NCBI GenBank assembly: GCA_963422735.1
Contig: OY730476.1
Location: forward strand, 2,272,001-2,336,000
Origin: Candidatus Latescibacterota bacterium
Lineage (GTDB): Bacteria > Latescibacterota > UBA2968 > UBA8231
Reading direction: 5' to 3'
Length of the DNA: 64,000 nt
The number at the start of each line of letters is the position of its first letter. Positions within the stretch are counted from its first letter, which is position 1. The position numbers were made by a program, and so were the translations under genes. Of this stretch, positions 1-9,468 are shown piece after piece. The notes under the pieces were generated by a model. That model did not search any database and was not told where the DNA came from. It saw only the letters and a program-made list of their open reading frames with translations.

Positions 1-1
1 C

Positions 2-718
2 GAGGCCCCTGCGCCCTTCCGCTACGCGCTGTTTTTCGGCGCGGCTTGTTCGCTCATAGCCGTCGTGCCGCTGTTGTACGCATCCGGTCCGGGTCGCCGC
101 GAAAGAGCACCCGCACCGACCCGGTCGCCGGACGACAACGAGCCAGCAGCCTCGCCGTGGCGCGTCTTTGCCGCCATTGCCGCCTTGAGTGGTACGCGCG
201 GCTTCTCCATGGGGCTGACGTATCCGTTTTTCAACGTATTCTTCGAGGCCGAGTTGGGCGTCGGTCCGGCTGCAATCGGCGTGATTTTCTTCCTCAGCCA
301 ACTCGCCGGTCTGCCAGCGACCTTCGCCGCACCGGCACTGATGCGCCGCTTCGGGCCGACGCTGGCCATCCTCCCGGCCCGCACTGTGGGCGGTAGTGCA
401 CTCGGGATCATGGGGGCCTTTATCAGCCTGCCGTTGGCCGTGCCCATGTTCCTGCTCGTGCGCATCGGCGAAGTCATTGACAACCCGTCCGACCAGCACT
501 TCTCCACCCAAGTGCTGCCCCGGCGTTACTGGGCGCGGATCCAAGGTCTCCGCGTGTGCGGCTTCCAGCTTTTGAGCTTCCTCGGCAGCCTCGTAGGCGG
601 TACGCTCATCCTCGACTATGGCTACGGGGCCGCCTTTGGACTAGCCTGCGCGTCGCGGATTGCGAGCGGCCTGATCATGGCGGCTTTTTTCGGGCTGCGG
701 CCAACGCGCCCCTTATAG
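2..718 (+). CDS. MFS transporter, 5'-partial (runs off the window start)
   Basis: Frame is open from base 2 (EAPAPFRYALFFGAACSLIAVVPLLY...). Multiple hydrophobic helices; MFS-like 'LMRRFG' loop and 'RYWARIQG'. Confidence 0.75.
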   Translation, partial: EAPAPFRYALFFGAACSLIAVVPLLYASGPGRRERAPAPTRSPDDNEPAASPWRVFAAIAALSGTRGFSMGLTYPFFNVFFEAELGVGPAAIGVIFFLSQLAGLPATFAAPALMRRFGPTLAILPARTVGGSALGIMGAFISLPLAVPMFLLVRIGEVIDNPSDQHFSTQVLPRRYWARIQGLRVCGFQLLSFLGSLVGGTLILDYGYGAAFGLACASRIASGLIMAAFFGLRPTRPL

Positions 719-896
719 GAGCGCGCTATTGCCAATCTAATCACCCCAACTCGCTGGAGTGCTTCCCGACCGACGAATTTCCTGTTGACAAGGACGCTCA
801 GCCCTGATAGTGGTTAGTGATTAGTTCTCATATCTCGCCCGGGTTGGGGCCACTGGCCACTAACCTCTGATATAAAATTCCCCAAAGAGGTCCCCT

Positions 897-2864
897 ATGC
901 GACATGAGTTTGCTCTTGCATTAATGCTAAGCGGTCTGTCGGCGCGCTCATGGGCGGTAGATGAGTTTCGCCTCGGCGGCACAAAGCCGTGGGCGGCGTG
1001 GACCGGGCAGCAGCAAATGATGGACGACGCTACCGACCCGTCCGCACTCCAGCCGCGCGAGCTCAAACCCGGCGAAAACTTGCTCCCCCAATTAGGGCCT
1101 TGGTATCGCTGGCGATCCCCCGGAGAATCCACCTATCGCTTAGGCGATGTCCGCATCTGGCGCGGGATCAACTACCTCCGCCCACGCGCCGAGCCACGCG
1201 ACTTCGTCGATGGCGACCCCACAACCTTTTTCTCCGCCCAAAATTTTTCCGATCCCAACGAGTTCTATACTATCGATCTGGGCGTACCGGTACCAGTAGA
1301 GCGTTTCGCCTTCTACCCGCCGGAGGGCAAAGACGCCCTTACTCAAGAGCCGTACCGTCCCAACTTCGCCTTTAAAAAATACGAACTCTCGGGTAGCCTC
1401 GACGCGGTGGGGATAGAAGCAGAAGATGGAGTCGCCTACCGTCCGCTGGACATCGTGCTGGCCAGTGTAGATTTGAACATCGAGGCCGTAGTAAACATCG
1501 ATTTCCGTCTGCAGTACTTGCGTTTTTTTCGCATCTACTTTTTCCCCGACAAGAGTGGGCGGTTCTACTTCAGATTCGCCTTAGCCGAGTTTGAAGTGTC
1601 CGGCCGAGGATTCCCACCGCGGGCTGTGTGGACGTCGCAAGTAATCGATTTAGGCCAAGAGGTCAATATCGGGCGCGTACGCTTTGGCGCGAGTAAGTGG
1701 CGGCGCGAAGGCGACCAAATCGCAGCCGCGCCCGACGCGTCAACATCCGCGCAAGTAGAAATCAAGACCGGCCTAGATACCACCCCCACCGGCTACCACG
1801 GGTACGACGACATCGGCCAACTCGTGGAAGTAACGCAAAGCGCATACGAACGGCTCAAGCAGCGCATCTGGCCCTGGGATCCCCCGGCCGTGGGCTGGCG
1901 CGGCCCCATTTTCGACGACGCGGACAACTGGAGCTTTTGGTCGCCGCCGCTGCGCCATTCCGGCGAGTTGCCCCGAGTGCCGAGCGGGCGTTACCTACAA
2001 GTACGCCTGACGCTAACGACCGAAGCGCTGTGGGATTTTACGCGCTTGGATTCGCTGGCGATTGCGTATTCTCCGCTGCTGGCCGAGCGGGTGTTAGGCG
2101 AGGTAGCCGCGGCCGGCGACCTGCAGCCCATAGGCCATATCGCCGAGGTGCCGGCCGGGCAAACGATCGAGTTGGTCTGCGACCTGCGGGCCGAGTTCGC
2201 GGCGGAGCAAGCCGGTTTTGACGCGGTGCGCCTGACCCTGCCCGGGGCGGGTGCCCTGCTCGGCTTGGAGATGGGCGATCCCCTGCAGGCGGTGGCTGCC
2301 GACAGCACAGTCGCCGAACCCGAGGGTCTAGCGATCTACCTACCCGAACCCATCCGCGACGGGGGCGCGCAAACGCTGCGCTTGCACTTGGAAACCGTCA
2401 TGTACACGGCTTCGGGTGCTGTGCAAGCCGAGGTATTCACGCGCACTGGACAGAGCCTACCGCAGCAGGTGGAAGGGGGCGACGCCAGCGACGCCTTAGG
2501 CACAGATCAACTGCACATGGTCGCCATCGGGCGAGCATTGGATGAGGTATTGGGTGAGGTAGAGGTGCTGCCGACCGCGTTCACCCCGCAGGGCGACAGC
2601 ATCAACGACCACGTAGCGATCCAGTACACCTTGTTCCGCTTGCTAGCGGCCGCCGAGGTAGAGTTGGAAATCTACGCGCTCGACGGGCGCTCCACGTGGC
2701 GGCAAGCCCTCGGTGCACGGCTCAGCGGCCGCCATCAAGCGATGTGGAACGGGCGCGACGAGAAAGAACAACTCGTCGCACCCGGGATATACGTCGTGCA
2801 GGTGCGCGCCAAAACGGACCAAGGGCAATGGGCGCAGGAACGCAGCCTCGCAGTGGTCTATTAA
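897..2864 (+). CDS. Family A exported protein (discoidin-like domain + C-terminal FlgD/CHU_C-like Ig domain)
   Basis: Signal peptide; motifs EFEVSGRGF, IKTGLD, NWSFWSPP, GFD, FTPQGDSIND, WNGRD...PGIY; ends AVVY. Confidence 0.85.
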   Translation: MRHEFALALMLSGLSARSWAVDEFRLGGTKPWAAWTGQQQMMDDATDPSALQPRELKPGENLLPQLGPWYRWRSPGESTYRLGDVRIWRGINYLRPRAEPRDFVDGDPTTFFSAQNFSDPNEFYTIDLGVPVPVERFAFYPPEGKDALTQEPYRPNFAFKKYELSGSLDAVGIEAEDGVAYRPLDIVLASVDLNIEAVVNIDFRLQYLRFFRIYFFPDKSGRFYFRFALAEFEVSGRGFPPRAVWTSQVIDLGQEVNIGRVRFGASKWRREGDQIAAAPDASTSAQVEIKTGLDTTPTGYHGYDDIGQLVEVTQSAYERLKQRIWPWDPPAVGWRGPIFDDADNWSFWSPPLRHSGELPRVPSGRYLQVRLTLTTEALWDFTRLDSLAIAYSPLLAERVLGEVAAAGDLQPIGHIAEVPAGQTIELVCDLRAEFAAEQAGFDAVRLTLPGAGALLGLEMGDPLQAVAADSTVAEPEGLAIYLPEPIRDGGAQTLRLHLETVMYTASGAVQAEVFTRTGQSLPQQVEGGDASDALGTDQLHMVAIGRALDEVLGEVEVLPTAFTPQGDSINDHVAIQYTLFRLLAAAEVELEIYALDGRSTWRQALGARLSGRHQAMWNGRDEKEQLVAPGIYVVQVRAKTDQGQWAQERSLAVVY

Positions 2865-2890
2865 AAAAGCCCCTGAAAAATCAGGGGCTT
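2863..2890 (-). terminator. Rho-independent terminator downstream of tRNA-Val (possibly bidirectional)
   Basis: Perfect stem aagcccctga-aaaa-tcaggggctt, with a T-run on the minus strand. Confidence 0.75.
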
Positions 2891-2896
2891 AGAAGA

Positions 2897-2973
2897 TGGT
2901 GGGCGATCCCAGACTCGAACTGGGGACATCCTGCTTGTAAGGCAGGCGCTCTGACCAACTGAGCTAACCGCCC
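2897..2973 (-). tRNA. tRNA-Val(TAC)
   Basis: Reverse complement GGGCGGTTAGCTCAGTTGGTCAGAGCGCCTGCCTTACAAGCAGGATGTCCCCAGTTCGAGTCTGGGATCGCCCACCA: cloverleaf, TAC anticodon, TTCGA T-loop, CCA end. Confidence 0.97.
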
Positions 2974-2981
2974 GGTCTCTA

Positions 2982-3010
2982 AGCATAGCCATTTCGGCCC
3001 TTGTCTGCAA
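2982..3010 (-). promoter_or_regulatory. Putative sigma70 promoter of tRNA-Val
   Basis: TTGCAG-17 nt-TATGCT on the minus strand, ending 8 nt upstream of the tRNA 5' end. Confidence 0.55.
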
Positions 3011-3026
3011 AGCGAGCACCGTCCAT

Positions 3027-4418
3027 TTACTGCTCATCAGCCGCGGCGATTTGTTCATACCGGGCCATGGCCGCCCCCGCTTCGGTGTGCAGGCCCTGTT
3101 CCCTGTAGGCCATAGCAATCCCGTAATACGCATCGGCATAGTCCGGGCGAATCCGCAGCGCGTGTCGGTAGCACTCCAGCGCCTGATGCGGTTGGCCATT
3201 GAGGAGCTGGGCACCCCCCAAATTGTTGTAGGCCAGCGCGTACGCCGTGTCGATGCGGACGGCGACTTCGTACATTGCAATGGCTTCTCCGGTATCTCCT
3301 AGGCGCAAATGCGCGTTGCCTAAATTGTTGTAGGCGGGCGCGTAATCCGGCCGCACGGCGAGACAGCTTCTCAGGGCGCTGATTGCCTCGGAGGGCATAT
3401 TCAGTTTGGCGTAAATCCCGGCCAAGGCGTAATGGGCCAGCGCGCCATCCGGCTCTCGCCGCAGTCGGTCTCTGAGCTGGGCTAGGCCTGCGGCATGGGG
3501 CTTCAGCTTTGCAAAGCGGCCCAAGTACTGTTGGGCTTCCTCGCGCCTTCCCTGTCTGGCATAGAGCGTACCGAGCCTGAAATACGTTTGCGCCCGCACC
3601 GGGTCCAGTGCGATGGCGCGCAGATAATGCGCCTCGGCCAACCCCTCGGTGCGCCGTCTCTCCCCGGCCAACCCCAAGCCTAAATGAGCTTGGGCCGCGC
3701 TCGGATCGAGCGCGAGGGCCGCGCCAAAAGCCGTCGCGGCCGCATCGATTTGGCCGGCTTTTAACAGGGCGTGGCCCAGCCCTATGTGCGCCCTCGGCCA
3801 GTCCGCTCGCAGCGCCACCGCCCGGTCAAACGCCGCGATAGCCTCTTGGTACTCGCCGAGGCGCTCGGCGTAGATCTGACCTAAGGCGTAAAATGCCAGA
3901 CCGTAATTAGCATCCATGCGGGTGGCCTGCCGCAGGGCTGTAACCGCCTCGTAGTAAGCCGTGAGCTTAACGTAGGCCAAACCGAGGTTATAGAACGCCC
4001 CGGCATTGTCGGGCTCGAGCGCCAGCGCCTGCCGATACAAATCGCGGCTGCGGACGTACTTCTCCTGTTCCAAGGCCAAACTGGCCAAGCTGCACAACGC
4101 ACCTACGTGCTCATCATCCAGCGAAAGCGCCCTGAGAAAATGGCTTTCGGCCTGTTCGTATAGTCCCTGTTTGCAGGAGATATTCCCCAGCCCGACCCAA
4201 GCGTCTGCAGTGAGCGGACGGATGCTTAGGGCCTGGCGGTAGTGGTGCTCGGCCCCTTGGTAGTCGCGCTCGCGCAAGAGCAAATCGGCCAGTTTCCAAT
4301 GGGCTTCGGCATCCTGCGGATGGCGGTGCAGCCACGCTTGGTAGCCGGTCTTGGTCGTGGGGAGACGCTCGCACGCGACCAGCGCGGCCAGCACTATCCC
4401 CAAGAGGACACCGTTCAT
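3027..4418 (-). CDS. Tetratricopeptide repeat lipoprotein
   Basis: Lipobox-like LVAC; many TPR motifs (AYNNLG, ALALDP). Confidence 0.9.
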   Translation of the reverse strand: MNGVLLGIVLAALVACERLPTTKTGYQAWLHRHPQDAEAHWKLADLLLRERDYQGAEHHYRQALSIRPLTADAWVGLGNISCKQGLYEQAESHFLRALSLDDEHVGALCSLASLALEQEKYVRSRDLYRQALALEPDNAGAFYNLGLAYVKLTAYYEAVTALRQATRMDANYGLAFYALGQIYAERLGEYQEAIAAFDRAVALRADWPRAHIGLGHALLKAGQIDAAATAFGAALALDPSAAQAHLGLGLAGERRRTEGLAEAHYLRAIALDPVRAQTYFRLGTLYARQGRREEAQQYLGRFAKLKPHAAGLAQLRDRLRREPDGALAHYALAGIYAKLNMPSEAISALRSCLAVRPDYAPAYNNLGNAHLRLGDTGEAIAMYEVAVRIDTAYALAYNNLGGAQLLNGQPHQALECYRHALRIRPDYADAYYGIAMAYREQGLHTEAGAAMARYEQIAAADEQ

Positions 4419-4425
4419 CGTCCTG

Positions 4426-7107
4426 TTAGCGCAGCCCAGCGAAGATGGTTACAAACGTGAGGAAATTGGTCTCATCGCCTTGTTGCAACGCCCGGCGTTG
4501 CCAGCGCACACCGATCTTGGTAGAAAGTGCGTAGCCCTGATACTCGGAGCTATTGGTGAACTGAGTGGCCAAGGTCAGGGTAGTGAAATCCTCGACAAAG
4601 GCCGGCGGCAGCGGATCTGGCTTTTGTCGTAGGTTCCTAAAGACCTCCCACTCGATCCCCGACTCCGAGACGACTTGGCCGGGTATGAGATCGTACGTAC
4701 CGATTAAGAAAAAAATCTCCGACAGCTCATTGCGTTGCAGTGCCAAGGGATCCGTCGGGACTTGACGGGCGTACTGCTGCTTCCACTTGGGCGAAATGGC
4801 GATCCCGGCGAACGGCTCGTAGAAGTACTCCGCTCTCAGTATTACACCTAAGAAACTCTCGTCGCGATTTTCCCGGGACTGATTCCTGTGCTGAAAATAA
4901 TGGTCCCATTTGACTTTACCAGACACGTTCAGCGGCCGCAGGCGATGGATGGCAAAATCTAGGTACGAAGTGTTGATCATCGCGTTCTGGGCTATCAGGC
5001 GGTCCTGCACATCCTGCAGGCTCCCTGCCGAAAAGGGAGACTGGACCCACTGAATCAGCGCGTCGGGAATATCGTCGCGGGCGAAGCGCAAAAATTCCAT
5101 AAAGCGAAACTTAAAACCGCGCAATGGTAGGTCTTCCTGCCAAGTGAAAAGCCCATAGCTCGTCTGGTTCCGCCGCGCACTACCGATCAACCACTCGCGT
5201 AGATGCCCAACCACGACCTTGGAACCGGGCTGCATCTCAGCCCCCAAGTAGAGGTTGTAGCCCCGGTGGTCGCGCTTGTAGGGATAATCGGGTTCGGTAT
5301 CGTTTTCGAGGCGGTCTATGACGGTATTATTGTTCATGTCGGTGCCGAAGAGAAATTCGGGCGGATCGACATTGTAGCGCAGAAAGGGTTCGACGTAATC
5401 GGGCTGCAAATTGTCGTTCTGGTTAAAGTCGTTAACCAAGTCGTTGTTCTCGTCGAGACCGGGGAACACCTCGACATCGGCGGCGCGGGTCGTCTGCTGC
5501 CCCGGCACAAAACCACCCCCGGTAACGCGCCGACGCCAGTCGGGAAAGCGGTCTTGGTCGTCGTTGTCGTCGACAAACTCATAGGTGAAGTTAAGCTCAT
5601 CCTCGTAGTCAATAAAACCGCGCTGGTCGGGAATTACCATGGATGTGCCGTAGTTCGGATCCATGGAGAAGATCTCGCCATAGGCGAACCAAGGATAGGT
5701 CAACCGCGAGGCGGTAACGTAAAAAGCTTCGGCGCGGTCGGACGCTAGGGCCTGCCTCTTGACGATATTCTGGTTGGGGAACTTGCGGTGGTGGCGGTTG
5801 ACGTTGAATTCGGAGCGGAGATTGAATCCGGCAAGCTCGGAGACTTCAAAAGTAAAACCCATGATTTCGTTGGCCGTAGGCAGGCCGTACTGGAAGCGGA
5901 CGACCTGCTGGTTGGAGCCATCGCTGATATTGCCGTTGCTCCGCTTGACCGGCCGGAAGACCGTCTCGCCCGTGAAATTGGTCTGCATATTGGAGGTTAC
6001 TTCTATGCGAAAATCATTGGCCACCACCAGTTCGATATCGATCTTGCGGGCTTCTTTGAAATCGCTGATCTGGTCCTTTACGCCCGGGACGAAATCGCGT
6101 TCGACATCGTAACTGAGCCTCAGCACGTCGCCGCCGTTGGCCTCGAGCAAGCCCTGACGCCGCGTCCCTCCGTCAATCGAAGGTTTTATTTCTGGGTGCT
6201 CGACCTCGTCGATGAATATCCGTGCGCGGAACAGCAGCGCACCTCCGGTGTTGTCTTCGGGCGAATCGTCGCTGAGGCGGACGACGATGCGGCGGACGTT
6301 TTCCGCATTCAGGCGCCCTCCTAAGACACCCTTGAGGGAATTCTCCTCGACGCTCAAGCGGCTGTTCCCGTGGTTGGCATTGACGTACGTCAAGCCCAGC
6401 GTGGCGAAATCGCCGACTTGGGCGACTCCTCGCAATCCATACAAATTGGTGAAGACCGTCTCTCTGGCTTCGGAGATCTCGCTGTCGAGACGCTGGACAG
6501 CCGGATTGTCGATGCGCGAGGTAATGAAGGTCAAGGCGTATTTGTCGGACTGCATATCCCACTGAATACCGTCGAAGAGAGGTTTCGAGAAGGTCAGTGG
6601 CGTAAGCGTGGTCCGTAGCTGTTCGCCGACGGTCAACGCGGTGTAGAATTGCCCTTTGGAAGCCGAGGATATCAGGACTCGGTTGAACCAACTATTGAAT
6701 CGGGGATTTTTGAAAATGCTGCTGCCGAAATCGAGCGGGTGTTCCTGGCGCCAGTCGTAGATGCGCCAACCACGAGTGATATAGTTGCCGTACAGGTCGT
6801 AATAGCGATCGCCTTCCAAGAAGAGATTGACGTAGCGCTGGTAGTTGTCCCGGGCGTAGTTAGTGTACTCGTAGGTCTTCCATCCATAGAGATAAAGCAG
6901 CGTCTGGGGCACGTACCATTTCCGCATAACCGGATTTAGTGACTCAAAATCGACGGGCGTTCCCGTCGCTCTATACGGATTGAAGAACCCGCTCTGCAAA
7001 TCGGCCTTGAGTTTTAGTGGCAAGAGGGCGAGAAAGGCAAAGGACCAAATGGCTTTATTCATCGCGCTAGTTTCCCATCTCGATAGCGGCTTTGCATCGT
7101 GCATCAA
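4426..7107 (-). CDS. Family B large exported / putative outer-membrane protein with Asp-rich Ca-binding block
   Basis: Signal peptide (alternative start ATG 7062); RTTLTPLTF, DDSPED, YGLPT, VDDNDDQDRFPD, FPGLDENND, PDYPYKRDHRG; beta-strand C-terminus IFAGLR. Confidence 0.85.
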   Translation of the reverse strand: MMHDAKPLSRWETSAMNKAIWSFAFLALLPLKLKADLQSGFFNPYRATGTPVDFESLNPVMRKWYVPQTLLYLYGWKTYEYTNYARDNYQRYVNLFLEGDRYYDLYGNYITRGWRIYDWRQEHPLDFGSSIFKNPRFNSWFNRVLISSASKGQFYTALTVGEQLRTTLTPLTFSKPLFDGIQWDMQSDKYALTFITSRIDNPAVQRLDSEISEARETVFTNLYGLRGVAQVGDFATLGLTYVNANHGNSRLSVEENSLKGVLGGRLNAENVRRIVVRLSDDSPEDNTGGALLFRARIFIDEVEHPEIKPSIDGGTRRQGLLEANGGDVLRLSYDVERDFVPGVKDQISDFKEARKIDIELVVANDFRIEVTSNMQTNFTGETVFRPVKRSNGNISDGSNQQVVRFQYGLPTANEIMGFTFEVSELAGFNLRSEFNVNRHHRKFPNQNIVKRQALASDRAEAFYVTASRLTYPWFAYGEIFSMDPNYGTSMVIPDQRGFIDYEDELNFTYEFVDDNDDQDRFPDWRRRVTGGGFVPGQQTTRAADVEVFPGLDENNDLVNDFNQNDNLQPDYVEPFLRYNVDPPEFLFGTDMNNNTVIDRLENDTEPDYPYKRDHRGYNLYLGAEMQPGSKVVVGHLREWLIGSARRNQTSYGLFTWQEDLPLRGFKFRFMEFLRFARDDIPDALIQWVQSPFSAGSLQDVQDRLIAQNAMINTSYLDFAIHRLRPLNVSGKVKWDHYFQHRNQSRENRDESFLGVILRAEYFYEPFAGIAISPKWKQQYARQVPTDPLALQRNELSEIFFLIGTYDLIPGQVVSESGIEWEVFRNLRQKPDPLPPAFVEDFTTLTLATQFTNSSEYQGYALSTKIGVRWQRRALQQGDETNFLTFVTIFAGLR

Positions 7108-7119
7108 TCCACTGCCCGA

Positions 7120-9453
7120 CTAATAGACCAGATGGACGACGCGCTGTCGTCGCTCCGTTCTAGTGTCGGTCTCTAGCTTGGCGTCCAGAATGTAGATACC
7201 GGGAGGTAACAATAGATCGTTCTCATCCCGACCATCCCACACATAGTGAGTCTGATCCACCTGCTCAGTGCTAGCGACTAAAGCACCACTCAAGTCGTAA
7301 ATCACAACCTTGGGTTGGGCAGAGGTTTTTACCACTAGCAGGCGTAACTCCAGTCTGTCGTTGATGCCGTCTCCGTTCGGCGTGACAATCGCCGGGATCA
7401 CCTCCAATGCGCGGATGCTGTGCTCCTCTTGGGCGATCTCGGGCACAAATACCGTCAAAGCCCCTTGGTCTTCCGGCTGGATCCCCTGGCGAATATCGGG
7501 CTGCGTCGTCGAGCTTACCCAAGCATCGAAAGTAGCAGCATCGGCCAAGAGGCGCAGCGGCAGATCGACTGCGATGCTGTCCCCGCGGACCTGTTCGGGC
7601 AAGTCGATCACTACCGAATCCCCTCTGGACTCCACCTTCAACGGTGCGATGCGGCGATCCCCTATCCGCAATTGTACCTCGCCTTCGAGGGGATTCGGCA
7701 AATCGAGCACTAGGCGGTTGAAACCCCGATCGGCAGGTCTAGTGCGACCTCCGAGGCGGAAGGTAAAAACAGTCCGCGAATCGAGGGCCGCTTCGCGTGG
7801 GGAAACGCTGGCGAAAACCCCACCGCCGATGAGCGGATCGTCGAAGTCGAGGGCGATCTCGCGCAGCGTCGGTGCCGCCTGCGGATCTTCGGTCTGCAGG
7901 CGCACCTCCACTTGGACAAATTTCCTCGGCGTGGGCGAGCGGAAGACTTCCCCTGACTCCTTGTAGGCCGAACTCCACGCACTCCAGTCGGCACCGGCTT
8001 TCGCCACTTTTACTTCGGGCAATTTCTGGCTAGCCGGCAGTTTGTCCCAGCGTCCTTTGGGAACTTCTCGACCGTTTTTGTCGTAATAGAATATCTCTTC
8101 GTCCAACGCATTGCCGGTGCGCGTGCGAATTTCTATGCGTGTCCCGGCCGTTGTCTCCGCCTCCCAGCGCAGCCGGCGCAGGCTTTTGGCACCTACCAGA
8201 TCGATGAAATTAGAGGTCATCACCACTGCAGCCGGATAGCCTTCGCCGTAGAGGAAAACCTCGAATAAATGGAAAGCGGTTTCTCTGTTGGTGGGGGCCT
8301 CGTGGTGATAGAACAGATAGCGCACCTTGCGGGTGGGAAAGCGGAAATCGAAGTTGCGGTTTCTCGTGCCCGCGCTGCTCAGCGTTTCGTTATTGACGAA
8401 GCTGAGCAACTGGTAATCGACGGGACTCTGGAGCCGGTCTTCCCCCTCGGTGGGGATCGGCGTACCATCCGAGGTCAACAGTTCAAAACCGGACTGATTC
8501 CTGTACGAATTCACCCCCATCGTAGCAAATCCCGGCGGCGGCTCCACCATCGTTAGCTGATCGATCCAGAAAGTGGCTCCCAGATCCCATTCAAACCAAT
8601 CGCCTTTATCGCGCCAGTCGAGGTCGCCCCGCGAGGTCAGGGTCCACCACGTGGCTGCAGTTCCATCCATGATATTGGCGATGGTGCGCGGGTCGCGCCC
8701 GGTCCTTATGTCGCCTCCCCGCTCGATAGTCCCCGGCGCAATATTGTCGCCTATGGCCTCAACCTCGATGGCTGCCAGCGCCGCATTTAGGCTCTTGGCA
8801 TGGGCGACGACGCGGACGTACTGGATGGACATATACTCCAAGGAATCGCTGGACATGGTGGCCAAATGATTTCCGGTGGCGTTTCCCAATTCCGGCGTCG
8901 CAAGGTCGTATTCTATCACCGTCTCTCGGCTGGGCTGAGTCGTACCGCCCACCCGGTCGTAGCGAAAAACATCCTGGCCCGTGAGAAAAGGCGTTCCCTC
9001 GGTGACGAAAACGGAAAACTCCCGCAATGGCCGCGCCCCATCAGTATCGGGAAAGGTCAGCCGTATCTTTTTGGCTTGGACGAGGCGGCCCAAATCGATC
9101 TCGATCCACCAATCGTCGAGCGGGGCCTCTTGGCCAGGTTGCCACCAAGTGGTGGCAGCGCCATCGAGAATATGGGCAGCTTGGTCAATGTGGGTCCCCG
9201 CACTGCGGATCCCTCCCTGCACCTCTTTTCCCTTGGCGTTTGGGTGGAAAAACTCAGCCGCGTCGGCGACGGCGTCTATATTGCGCCGAAAGCGTCTGAG
9301 GGCCACGCTACCATCTGCTGCCAACGACAGCACTCCTTGTGGAAAAGTCCATTGCCGCCACTGGTCTTGGCTGTTTATGAGCAGCGTTCCGGCTTCCGTT
9401 TCCCCAACTGGGAAGAGTGCCAACAGCATCAGCAGGTATGTCCGTTTCAACAT
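7120..9453 (-). CDS. Family A exported protein, long form with two discoidin-like domains
   Basis: Signal peptide; two 'W(W/F)E.DLG' discoidin-like motifs; RTRTG, WSAWS, VTPNGDGIND, WDGRD...PGIY; ends HLVY. Confidence 0.85.
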   Translation of the reverse strand: MLKRTYLLMLLALFPVGETEAGTLLINSQDQWRQWTFPQGVLSLAADGSVALRRFRRNIDAVADAAEFFHPNAKGKEVQGGIRSAGTHIDQAAHILDGAATTWWQPGQEAPLDDWWIEIDLGRLVQAKKIRLTFPDTDGARPLREFSVFVTEGTPFLTGQDVFRYDRVGGTTQPSRETVIEYDLATPELGNATGNHLATMSSDSLEYMSIQYVRVVAHAKSLNAALAAIEVEAIGDNIAPGTIERGGDIRTGRDPRTIANIMDGTAATWWTLTSRGDLDWRDKGDWFEWDLGATFWIDQLTMVEPPPGFATMGVNSYRNQSGFELLTSDGTPIPTEGEDRLQSPVDYQLLSFVNNETLSSAGTRNRNFDFRFPTRKVRYLFYHHEAPTNRETAFHLFEVFLYGEGYPAAVVMTSNFIDLVGAKSLRRLRWEAETTAGTRIEIRTRTGNALDEEIFYYDKNGREVPKGRWDKLPASQKLPEVKVAKAGADWSAWSSAYKESGEVFRSPTPRKFVQVEVRLQTEDPQAAPTLREIALDFDDPLIGGGVFASVSPREAALDSRTVFTFRLGGRTRPADRGFNRLVLDLPNPLEGEVQLRIGDRRIAPLKVESRGDSVVIDLPEQVRGDSIAVDLPLRLLADAATFDAWVSSTTQPDIRQGIQPEDQGALTVFVPEIAQEEHSIRALEVIPAIVTPNGDGINDRLELRLLVVKTSAQPKVVIYDLSGALVASTEQVDQTHYVWDGRDENDLLLPPGIYILDAKLETDTRTERRQRVVHLVY

Positions 9454-9468
9454 GCTACCCCCGGACCA

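Noticed and set aside
785-813. TTGACA promoter upstream of 897
   Set aside because: The -35 is perfect but there is no convincing -10 at 16-18 nt spacing.
2897-2973. tRNA-Val as an integration site for a genomic island
   Set aside because: No integrase and no duplicated tRNA 3' end were seen; the same protein family occurs on both sides.
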